Positions 53,787-61,080 of a stretch of DNA of 64,000 nucleotides are shown here, in pieces (position 1 is the stretch's first letter; each line of letters starts with the position of its first letter). The stretch covers positions 4,210 through 68,209 of the forward strand of contig JAFYHU010000053.1 of the NCBI GenBank assembly GCA_017538965.1, given 5' to 3'. A model generated the notes under the pieces. It was not told the DNA's origin and did no database searches. It saw only the letters and a list, made by a program, of their open reading frames with translations. The position numbers were made by a program, and so were the translations under genes. The stretch comes from Oscillospiraceae bacterium. Lineage in GTDB: Bacteria; Bacillota; Clostridia; Oscillospirales; Oscillospiraceae.

Positions 53787-54983
53787 ATGATTCTTCGACC
53801 GGATTATCTGAAAGCGATCCGACCGTTCATTGACGTGCCATTGGTAAAAATTCTGACCGGCATACGCCGCTGCGGAAAATCCACGATCTTTTTGATGCTG
53901 CATGATGAGTTGCTGGAAAAAGGCATCGCAGGAGATAACATTATTTCCCGGCGCTATACGGATATGGAGCTTGAAGACTTCGATCAGCGTACTATGTATG
54001 AGGACCTGAAAGCCGCAATTGCCCCAAAAGGCCGCTGTTATTTGCTGCTGGACGAGGTGCAGGAGATCAAGGGCTGGGAAAAGGTAGTCAACGGCTTGCT
54101 GGAGAGCGCGGATGTGGACATCTATGTGACCGGCTCCAACTCCAAACTGATGAGCAGCGAGATATCCACTTATCTCACCGGCCGCTATGTGTCGATCTCT
54201 GTCTATACACTTTCCTTCCGGGAGTATCTGGACTTCAGGCAAAACAGTGGCCGCAGCCAGGCAGAACTTCTTGAAAGCTATATCCGTATGGGCGGGTTTC
54301 CGCTGGTAGCGCTGGGTGAATACGATGACCAGACCGCGTATCAGATCGTGGAGGGCATCTATCATACCGTCGTATCCCGCGATATTGTAAAGCGGCACCG
54401 CATCTCCAGGCAGGATCTGTTTGACCGGATCGTTCGTTTTGTGATCGAGAATATGGGCAAGACCTTCTCGGCTAACTCCATCAGCACATTTTTAAAGAGC
54501 GAACACCGAACGGTCTCGGTAGAGACCATCTATAATTACCTGCGCTGGCTGGAACAGGCCTTTGTCATTTATCCTTGCAAGCGCTATGATCTGCAGGGCA
54601 AGGCAATCCTGAAAACACAGGAGAAATACTATCTGGCCGATGTGTCTTTGAAGTATGCGCTCTGCGGCTACAATGGCCGGATGCGTGCGGCTGCGCTGGA
54701 AAACATTATTTATCTGGAAATGCGCCGCCGTGGCTATGAGGTCTATATCGGCAAGCTCGGCAGCAAGGAGATCGATTTCGTGGCTGAAAAGCGCGGTGAG
54801 CGGATCTATGTTCAGGCGTGCGTGACCATCCCGGAGGATTCCACCCGCGAGACAGACAATCTGCTGGAGATCCCGGACAACTATCCGAAATATGTGGTCA
54901 CGCTTGATCGCCTTGCGACAGGAAATGAAAACGGCGTCCGCATAGTGTACCTTGAGGATTTTTTGCTGGCAGACGCGTGGTGA
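53787..54983 (+). CDS. AAA+ ATPase of the AAA_14/DUF4143 type (second copy in the window, different subfamily)
   Basis: Start trimmed to ATG 53787 (gggagg RBS). Walker A is GIRRCGKST and Walker B is LLLDEVQ. The C-terminus is KEIDFVAEKRGERIYVQAC. Confidence 0.8.
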   Translation: MILRPDYLKAIRPFIDVPLVKILTGIRRCGKSTIFLMLHDELLEKGIAGDNIISRRYTDMELEDFDQRTMYEDLKAAIAPKGRCYLLLDEVQEIKGWEKVVNGLLESADVDIYVTGSNSKLMSSEISTYLTGRYVSISVYTLSFREYLDFRQNSGRSQAELLESYIRMGGFPLVALGEYDDQTAYQIVEGIYHTVVSRDIVKRHRISRQDLFDRIVRFVIENMGKTFSANSISTFLKSEHRTVSVETIYNYLRWLEQAFVIYPCKRYDLQGKAILKTQEKYYLADVSLKYALCGYNGRMRAAALENIIYLEMRRRGYEVYIGKLGSKEIDFVAEKRGERIYVQACVTIPEDSTRETDNLLEIPDNYPKYVVTLDRLATGNENGVRIVYLEDFLLADAW

Positions 54984-55014
54984 CTTAGCCGAGCGGCAAA
55001 ATATGGCTGTCTTT

Positions 55015-55164
55015 CCATAACAAACAAATCCGAACCGTATCTTCCGGGCTGAAGACAGGGTCGGATCTGTTTTTTCTTCGGGCAATCTCCTTTTCCATCT
55101 GGTCAGAAGCCGAAAAAGTTAAAGAAACAGGAAAGTTTTTCAAAGTCAACTGGAAAAACTATTG
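55015..55164 (+). repeat. direct repeat copy B (decayed terminator plus promoter-leader module)
   Basis: See copy A. In copy B the terminator stem carries two mismatches (caaatccgaacc / gggtcggatctg). Confidence 0.85.
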
Positions 55165-55165
55165 C

Positions 55166-55195
55166 TTGACTTAGCCGAGCGGCATAGAATATAAT
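55166..55195 (+). promoter_or_regulatory. hipBA promoter
   Basis: TTGACT (55166-55171), an 18-nt spacer, then TATAAT (55190-55195). The spacer is occupied by one copy of the TTAGCCGAGCGGCA motif. Confidence 0.55.
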
Positions 55196-55262
55196 GACAA
55201 TGAAAGAAATTAGCCGAGCGGCATAATAAGGTTGCAGATGAAGATAATTTAGCCGAACGGCA
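55171..55262 (+). promoter_or_regulatory. array of three TTAGCCGARCGGCATA motifs at exactly 39-bp spacing (putative HipB operators); a fourth copy lies at 54985-54998
   Basis: Motif starts are at 55171, 55210 and 55249. The core GCCG-ag-CGGC is a near palindrome. Confidence 0.5.
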
Positions 55263-55279
55263 TAATCGGAGGCGGTTTT

Positions 55280-55489
55280 GTGATAACAGACGCGAAGGAT
55301 TTCGGTGAAGCTCTGCGCCGGAGACGCAAGGATCTGGGATATACACAGGCCTTCCTGTCCGAGTTCTGCGGACTCAGCGTGACCTTTATCTCTGATCTGG
55401 AAAACGGAAAAAGTACTGCGGAATTGGGAAAAGCGATCTATCTGGCCAATCTCCTTGGCCTTGACTGTTCTCTGACTCCGAGGAGCTGA
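55280..55489 (+). CDS. hipB: HipB-like XRE-family HTH antitoxin
   Basis: FGEALRRRRKDLGYTQAFLSEFCGLSVTFISDLENGKSTAELGKAIYLANLLGL. GTG start with GGAGG 7 nt upstream. Lies directly upstream of hipA. Confidence 0.8.
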   Translation: MITDAKDFGEALRRRRKDLGYTQAFLSEFCGLSVTFISDLENGKSTAELGKAIYLANLLGLDCSLTPRS

Positions 55490-55492
55490 CCC

Positions 55493-56770
55493 ATGAAAGA
55501 ACTGCATGTGAGCGTGGAAAAGAACGGAAAACTCATTCCCGTTGGAACGATAGTCGGGGAAACCACATCCGATGCCCGGTTTCGGTATCTCGATGCGTAC
55601 CGGGAAGAGTCCGGAACGCCCATTTCCATAAGCCTGCCCCTGCAGGAAGATGCCTTTACTGCCGGTCAAACTGCCGGTTTTTTTGAGGGACTCCTGCCGG
55701 AAGGCTTTACCCGCCGCACGGTTGCACAGTGGATGAACATCGATGAGGGAGATTATCTGTCCATCCTTCACGAGTTGGGACGAGAGTGCCTGGGTGCAGT
55801 TTGCATCACAGAAGACGGTGAAACGACAGGTGCTTCCTATGAGCGGATTACCGAGACAGAGGTGCGGGAGCTGGCAGCCGAAGGTGTGTTAAAGTCGGCA
55901 GAACTGGTTGCCAAATCACACCTCTCTCTTACCGGGGCATCCGGCAAAGTCGGGTTGTATTATGATACCCGGTCCGGAGCCTGGTATCTGCCTCATGGAA
56001 CAGCTCCAAGCACACACATTGTCAAGCAGAGCCATGTGCGGCTTGAGGCAATCGTAACCAATGAAAAGCTGTCGCTGATGACTGCCGCGCGCTGCGGGCT
56101 TAATATACCGGAGTGTTTTATCATCAACACGGGAACGGGCAAAGAACACGAGGTTCTCTTTGCTACACAGCGATACGACAGACGGTTTGATTCAGGCGTT
56201 TCGTATATCGATGGAATGGCAAGGCCATACCGTCTCCATCAGGAAGATTTTGCCCAGGCAATGGGTATACCGGCAGCTGCTAAATATGAGAGAGTGCCCA
56301 ACGGATATCTGGAAGGCATGTTTGAGATCATCAGAAAGCATTCGGCCGACCCTGTTTCGGATCAATTGAAACTGTGGGATATCGTCGTTTTTGATTATCT
56401 GATCGGAAATACCGATGCTCACATCAAAAACTTTTCTCTGCTGTACGGAAAGGACTTGAAACAGATTCGACTTGCCCCGGCCTACGACATTGTGAGCACA
56501 GTTATTTACGAGCAGAGCACCAGGAATATGGCATTCGGCATTGGCGGCACTTTATCGTTAGATGATTTGTGCAGAGACTGTTTCCGGCTGGCCGCACGGG
56601 AAGTGGGCCTTGGCGAGAGAATGGCCATGAATCGGTTCGATGCTATGGCTGACCGATTCCGGGCTGCTCTTCATGCTTCCACAGAGGAGCTTTTGGCAGC
56701 CGGATATCCGAAAGCGTCTGAGATCGAAGACAGGATCCTCCGGACGGCAGGAATCAAATCTGCACAATGA
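55493..56770 (+). CDS. hipA: HipA-family serine/threonine kinase toxin
   Basis: The N-terminal coupling domain is FRYLDAYREESGTPISISLPL...GLLPEG. The C-terminal kinase core is VVFDYLIGNTDAHIKNFSLLY and LAPAYDIVST. Confidence 0.9.
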   Translation: MKELHVSVEKNGKLIPVGTIVGETTSDARFRYLDAYREESGTPISISLPLQEDAFTAGQTAGFFEGLLPEGFTRRTVAQWMNIDEGDYLSILHELGRECLGAVCITEDGETTGASYERITETEVRELAAEGVLKSAELVAKSHLSLTGASGKVGLYYDTRSGAWYLPHGTAPSTHIVKQSHVRLEAIVTNEKLSLMTAARCGLNIPECFIINTGTGKEHEVLFATQRYDRRFDSGVSYIDGMARPYRLHQEDFAQAMGIPAAAKYERVPNGYLEGMFEIIRKHSADPVSDQLKLWDIVVFDYLIGNTDAHIKNFSLLYGKDLKQIRLAPAYDIVSTVIYEQSTRNMAFGIGGTLSLDDLCRDCFRLAAREVGLGERMAMNRFDAMADRFRAALHASTEELLAAGYPKASEIEDRILRTAGIKSAQ

Positions 56771-56872
56771 GTACCATCTCGGAAAGTCAGTTTGCCATAA
56801 AAGCAGAATACCTTTGAAAAAAGCTCAATGAGCCTGAGCGAGCACTCGGGGAAACAGCAGAGGAGGAAAGAA

Positions 56873-57613
56873 ATGTTCTGTATCTATTGCGGGACAAGAA
56901 TACCGGAAAACGGAGTGTTCTGCCCGGCCTGCGGCGCGAAGGCCGCCGTGATCAGGGTGGAGGAGAAGGAAAAGCCAGCCGGAAATGGGATGCGCGCCGT
57001 GGCATGTGCTTCCTGCGGAAGCGGCAATCTGAAAAGAATCGGAAAGGGTGAATATCTCTGCGAGCACTGCGGAAGCCGATTCTTTACGGAGGAGCCGGAC
57101 GATGTCCTGAGTCCGGAAGAGAAGAACGCAAAGCTTCTGGCTCTGTTTGCGGAAGCGGAGAACTATTCGGCCAAGGACGATTATCAGGCGGAGCTCAGCA
57201 CCCTGACCAAAGGGCTGGAGCTGGCGCCCGAGAACAGCAGACTGCTGCTGAGGCTGGGGCGTGCCTGTGCGAGTCTCGGCCTCCTGCGGGAGGCGATGGA
57301 ATACTACGGGAAGGCGGAAAAGGCCAATCCCGATTATCCGATCGTCTATCTCAATCAGGCGATCCTGTATCTGAAGCAGGACATGGCCGCCGAGGCAAAG
57401 CCGCTGCTTGACAAAGCCCTCGCGCTGATCGGGGAGAATCCCATGTCGGCCTCGACCGGCGATATTGCGATCACCTACGCCAACTATGCCCAATGCGTAG
57501 GGAAACTCGGCGATCGCGCAGCTGCGAGGAAATATCTGAGCATGGCAAAGGAAAAGCGCTGTGACAAATCCTGGCTCGATTATGTGAGCGCTGTTCTGGA
57601 TATGCGCATCTGA
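56873..57613 (+). CDS. zinc-ribbon plus TPR protein
   Basis: Start trimmed to ATG 56873 (GAGGAGG RBS). Zinc-ribbon segments MFCIYCGTRIPENGVFCPACG and CASCGSGNL..YLCEHCGS. TPRs follow (LRLGRACASLGLLREAMEYYGKAEKANPDYP). Confidence 0.7.
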   Translation: MFCIYCGTRIPENGVFCPACGAKAAVIRVEEKEKPAGNGMRAVACASCGSGNLKRIGKGEYLCEHCGSRFFTEEPDDVLSPEEKNAKLLALFAEAENYSAKDDYQAELSTLTKGLELAPENSRLLLRLGRACASLGLLREAMEYYGKAEKANPDYPIVYLNQAILYLKQDMAAEAKPLLDKALALIGENPMSASTGDIAITYANYAQCVGKLGDRAAARKYLSMAKEKRCDKSWLDYVSAVLDMRI

Positions 57614-57888
57614 TCCCCGGCTGGAAACGGAAAACGGAGTTTTTTCGCTGTGTTTCAAGCTTCACCCGCGAAATATCATAAGATACGCCCGATTTCTGTT
57701 GCGGGAGAGAAGAGAATGAGAAAGAATCCAAATCACTTTATGATGAACAGAACCGGACACGAATGACATGATTGAATTCAGCTTGGGCAAGTGGTATCGG
57801 CGCGTTTCTTGTTTGGCTTTTGTCATCAAAAAGGCCGGGAAAGATACTAACGTGGCATCATTCCCGGCCCGATGTGGTATCCGCTTTC

Positions 57889-58188
57889 TTATTGTTCGTG
57901 GACGTCGCGCTTCTGGATCTTCTCTGGAGCCTGATTGGTACGATTCGCTTCTTCCACCTTGAAACGGAGCATGAGCTCTGTACTCGGCTTATATTGCACC
58001 CAGGCTCTGTTTTTCTCAAGCTTCCCCTTGATTTTGGAAAGAGCGTTCATCGCTGCGTTATAGTCGATCCTGTCCTCCGGGCGCAGCACATACTGCGCCT
58101 GCATAACAGTGTAGGCATTCCTGACGGCGATAACCTGTGCGCGCATGTATCTGTTCCAGAAGCACCCGGAACGCGTTTTTATCTTCAT
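57889..58188 (-). CDS. hypothetical 99-aa protein downstream of the DUF6088/AbiEi-like gene
   Basis: The ORF starts 6 nt after the upstream gene's stop. A hairpin (ggccgggaa...ttcccggcc) plus a T-tract on the minus strand follows at 57827-57869. I recognised no family. Confidence 0.45.
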   Translation of the reverse strand: MKIKTRSGCFWNRYMRAQVIAVRNAYTVMQAQYVLRPEDRIDYNAAMNALSKIKGKLEKNRAWVQYKPSTELMLRFKVEEANRTNQAPEKIQKRDVHEQ

Positions 58189-58194
58189 GCAGTT

Positions 58195-58848
58195 TCAAAA
58201 TCGATTCTCCTTTCGGCCTGCCGTATGGGCAAGCTGAATGATCGTCTTCCGATTATAATACTTGTCTGCATAATAAAGCAGGTTCTCATATTGCAGCCCG
58301 TTTTGTCGGATATGATCTGCAAGAATCGCATAGGGATCCTCCGCATCGACTGGTGCTTTGTCAAGAAGATCAAGAGCATCCAGCGTTTGCAGATAGGCTT
58401 TGTTTTCGGCACAGACCGGAGCCTTAGGCGGGCAGATGGATACGCCGAGCTTTTCGTCATGGCGGACACAATCCCGTGCCGCATTGGTGGCGAGCAAATG
58501 CTCTGTCGGTATCTGCGTGGTCAATCCCATGTGATGAAGAAGGCGTAGACCGGTCTCATAGCCTTTATCCGGCAGAAGATACTTGTTGGCGATCAGCTTT
58601 TCCTTGTTAATGCCAAGTTCACCAAATGGAGTATCGGCTGCCCGATAGTAGATGCCCTTCTGATAGCATCGCAATTCCGGCAGCATTCCTCTATCCATGA
58701 TGCGTTTGACCGCGACAGCCACAGCAGCAGCGGCTTGCTTCTTCTCAAGTTCGCTTTCTTTTGCAAGAGCCTCTGCTATTTCCTCCGTATAGATGGGATC
58801 ACCCTGCACTCTCTTTTCCATATATGCTTGAACAAACGCTGTGTACAT
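58195..58848 (-). CDS. DUF6088 / AbiEi-like (type IV TA antitoxin-like) protein
   Basis: YQKGIYYRAADTPFGELGINKEKLIANKYL..GYETGLRLLHHMGLTTQIPTEHLLATN and AYLQTLDALDLLDKAP match my memory of the DUF6088 pattern (KGIFYKP..T.FGEL, LGLTTQVP, LLGFLDALKDL). Confidence 0.6.
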   Translation of the reverse strand: MYTAFVQAYMEKRVQGDPIYTEEIAEALAKESELEKKQAAAAVAVAVKRIMDRGMLPELRCYQKGIYYRAADTPFGELGINKEKLIANKYLLPDKGYETGLRLLHHMGLTTQIPTEHLLATNAARDCVRHDEKLGVSICPPKAPVCAENKAYLQTLDALDLLDKAPVDAEDPYAILADHIRQNGLQYENLLYYADKYYNRKTIIQLAHTAGRKENRF

Positions 58849-59064
58849 ACTGTATCACCATACGATATAATATAAACGAATTTTTAGTTTAAATTTCGAT
58901 TAAATTATATCATTTGAATATGAGAACGTCAAGTATACTTTCATAGCCTGTTGACGAATTCCTTTCTGAGGGCTTGTGAAGTTTCCGGTATCCATGTTAT
59001 CCTTTATAGCATAAGTCAAAGCTTCTCTTTTTACATCATGAGAAAGGCTCGATGGTGAACGAGG

Positions 59065-59841
59065 GTGTCACAGCAGACGATCCTTGAGGAAAACAGAGAA
59101 TACTGGTCCGGGCGCGCCTCCGGGTATTCGGAGGTAAACAGACTGGAGCTCAGGTCCGCGCAGAGGCAGAAGTGGAAAGACTGTCTGCAAGCCGAGCTTG
59201 CGCGGCAGTTTCCCGACCGCGCCTTTGCGGAGCTGCGCGTGCTCGAGGCGGGCACCGGTCCGGGCTTTTTCGCGATTCTGCTGCGGGAGCTGGGCTGCGA
59301 TGTAACCGCGATAGACCTGACGCCCGCCATGCTCGCGGAGGCAAAAGAGAACGCCGGCGCACTGGCCGGCGAGATCCGGTTTCTGGAAATGAATGCCGAG
59401 GAGCTGACGTTCGCGGAGGCGTGTTTTGATGCGGTGATCAGCCGCAATCTGACCTGGAACCTGCCGCACCCCGACCGGGCCTATGCCGAATGGGTGCGCG
59501 TGCTGAAACCGGGCGGCCTGCTGCTGAACTACGATGCCAACTGGTACGCCTATCTGTTTGACCACAAAGCTCAGGCCGCCTATGAACGGGACCGGCGCAA
59601 CAGCGCCGAACAGGGGGTCGGAGACCAGAACATCGGGGAGAATTTCGACGTGATGGAGGACATTGCCCGCCGAGTCCCGCTTTCCGGCGCCCGCCGACCG
59701 GATTGGGATTTGCATCTGCTCTCGGAACTCGGTCTTTCCGCGGAAGCCGACGAGAGCGTATGGCAGCGCGTCTGGTCAGAGGAGGAGAAACTCAATTTCG
59801 CGTCGACCCCGCTGTTCATGATCCGGGCGAGAAAAGCATGA
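59065..59841 (+). CDS. class I SAM-dependent methyltransferase
   Basis: The SAM motif I is RVLEAGTGPGFFAILLRELGCDVTAIDLTPAML, followed by FDAVISRNLTWNL and LKPGGLLL. GTG start. Confidence 0.8.
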   Translation: MSQQTILEENREYWSGRASGYSEVNRLELRSAQRQKWKDCLQAELARQFPDRAFAELRVLEAGTGPGFFAILLRELGCDVTAIDLTPAMLAEAKENAGALAGEIRFLEMNAEELTFAEACFDAVISRNLTWNLPHPDRAYAEWVRVLKPGGLLLNYDANWYAYLFDHKAQAAYERDRRNSAEQGVGDQNIGENFDVMEDIARRVPLSGARRPDWDLHLLSELGLSAEADESVWQRVWSEEEKLNFASTPLFMIRARKA

Positions 59842-60044
59842 ACCCGGAAGCCGGGGGCACACGGCAGCAGAGCGAAAGAAAGCGCCGGGCAGGAGAATAC
59901 CGCAGGAGGGTTTAATACAGTTAAAGCGAAAAACTAAAACCCACGCTTACGATAATCTGTTGACTCGGGCGACGGCAGTCTGTCGCCCGAGATTTCTATA
60001 TAGCGCATTTATACAGTCACATTCAAATGTGACAGCGGAAACCA

Positions 60045-60073
60045 TTGACAATTGAGCCGAGATGTGCTATATA
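60045..60073 (+). promoter_or_regulatory. near-consensus promoter with a ~150-nt leader upstream of the small Cys/His protein gene
   Basis: TTGACA (60045-60050), a 17-nt spacer, then TATATA (60068-60073). Confidence 0.55.
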
Positions 60074-60224
60074 TAGAGACGAACAAGAGAAGCTCCCGAA
60101 AGGCAGCGCCAACTACCTTCCGAGAGCCCCCGCGTGTACATATGCTGTTCACACTTGCAGGATACCAAAAATCCGGCCGTTTGTCAACGCGGGCTTGTAC
60201 CCTTTTTGAAAGGAGGACGCGCCC

Positions 60225-60428
60225 GTGAAATTCTATGTCCACACCATCCCCCAGTCAAACGGCGACCACGAAGTCCACAGAGCCACCTGTAGTTGGCTCC
60301 CCAATGCGAGCAACAGGCTTTACCTGGGCGATTTCGTCAGTTCGACAAGCGCTTTGCGCGAAGCCCGCAAATTTTTCACGCACGTCGATGGCTGCTACTT
60401 CTGCTGTCCTGAGATTCACACGTCCTGA
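60225..60428 (+). CDS. small (67 aa) Cys/His-rich protein, unknown function
   Basis: GTG start with AGGAGG 8 nt upstream. The sequence is MKFYVHTIPQSNGDHEVHRATCSWLPNASNRLYLGDF...VDGCYFCCPEIH, which is zinc-ribbon-like. It has its own terminator. Confidence 0.55.
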   Translation: MKFYVHTIPQSNGDHEVHRATCSWLPNASNRLYLGDFVSSTSALREARKFFTHVDGCYFCCPEIHTS

Positions 60429-60437
60429 GCGCACGTC

Positions 60438-60476
60438 AGCCCGCCCGTTATGCGGGCGGGCTGATTCCCTTTTTTT
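60438..60476 (+). terminator. rho-independent terminator
   Basis: Stem agcccgcccg / cgggcgggct with a short loop. A T7 tract follows after gattccc. Confidence 0.6.
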
Positions 60477-60486
60477 GAGGTGTACC

Positions 60487-61080
60487 ATGAACTACAAATT
60501 ATTTGAGCTTGCAGAGATTCATAGCGGAGTCGTCCTCAGCCGAAAAGAAGCGCCTCCCGACAGCCCCAATTCGATCCCTTATCAGAGACTTACACTACGC
60601 GCTCTTTCGGAGGCCGGAACACTCCAAGCGTCAGAGATGGAGCAATACTGCTCGCGAGAAAAACTGGATCCAGAGCTTTTCACAACAGCAGATGATGTTA
60701 TCGTCCGGCTTTGTACGCCAATCAATCCGGTTTTGATACACAATGAACAGTCTGGCTTTTTGATCCCTTCTCAGCTGGCGGCTATCCGAATAAAAGACCT
60801 CAGCGTCTTGAGTCCAGCCTATCTAAGATGGTATCTCTCGCAGCGAAGCGTGCTGGATTCTCTCCAGGCGGCGGAGCACGGTACAGCGCAAAGAACAATT
60901 AAAGTAAAGTCTCTGCTGGATTTGGAGATTGAATTGCCACCGCTGCAGATTCAGCAGCAGATTGCAGAAATTGATGCCCTGTCTCGTAAGCGTGAAGCGT
61001 TATATCAAGAGCTGGTTCTTCAAGAAAGACTCCATACAGAATATGTTATAGAACGCATCGTGGGAGGAAACAAACAATGA
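60487..61080 (+). CDS. hsdS: Type I restriction-modification specificity subunit, half-size (single TRD)
   Basis: Start trimmed to ATG 60487. MNYKLFELAEIHSGV, LSPAYLRWYLSQRSVLDSLQ and the conserved C-terminal helix IELPPLQIQQQIAEIDALSRKREAL. ATGA overlap with hsdM. Confidence 0.8.
   Translation: MNYKLFELAEIHSGVVLSRKEAPPDSPNSIPYQRLTLRALSEAGTLQASEMEQYCSREKLDPELFTTADDVIVRLCTPINPVLIHNEQSGFLIPSQLAAIRIKDLSVLSPAYLRWYLSQRSVLDSLQAAEHGTAQRTIKVKSLLDLEIELPPLQIQQQIAEIDALSRKREALYQELVLQERLHTEYVIERIVGGNKQ

Noticed and set aside
53406-54398. A 330-aa minus-strand ORF overlapping tRNA-Leu, the direct repeat and the ATPase gene. Also a 258-aa plus-strand ORF at 57772-58548 opposite the DUF6088 operon.
   Set aside because: They overlap a tRNA and motif-bearing CDSs on the other strand. 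They have no RBS and no recognisable motifs.
55171-55262. A regularly spaced (39-bp) short repeat that superficially resembles a mini CRISPR array.
   Set aside because: There are only three phased copies of a 14-16-nt near-palindromic motif. They overlap a promoter and lie directly upstream of an HTH antitoxin gene. No cas genes are present, and the spacer and repeat sizes are wrong for CRISPR.
54985-55262. The GCCGAGCGGC core resembles the D-arm of tRNA-Ser/Leu, suggesting tRNA fragments or att remnants.
   Set aside because: No further tRNA-like arms flank any copy. The exact phasing over a promoter fits operator sites better.
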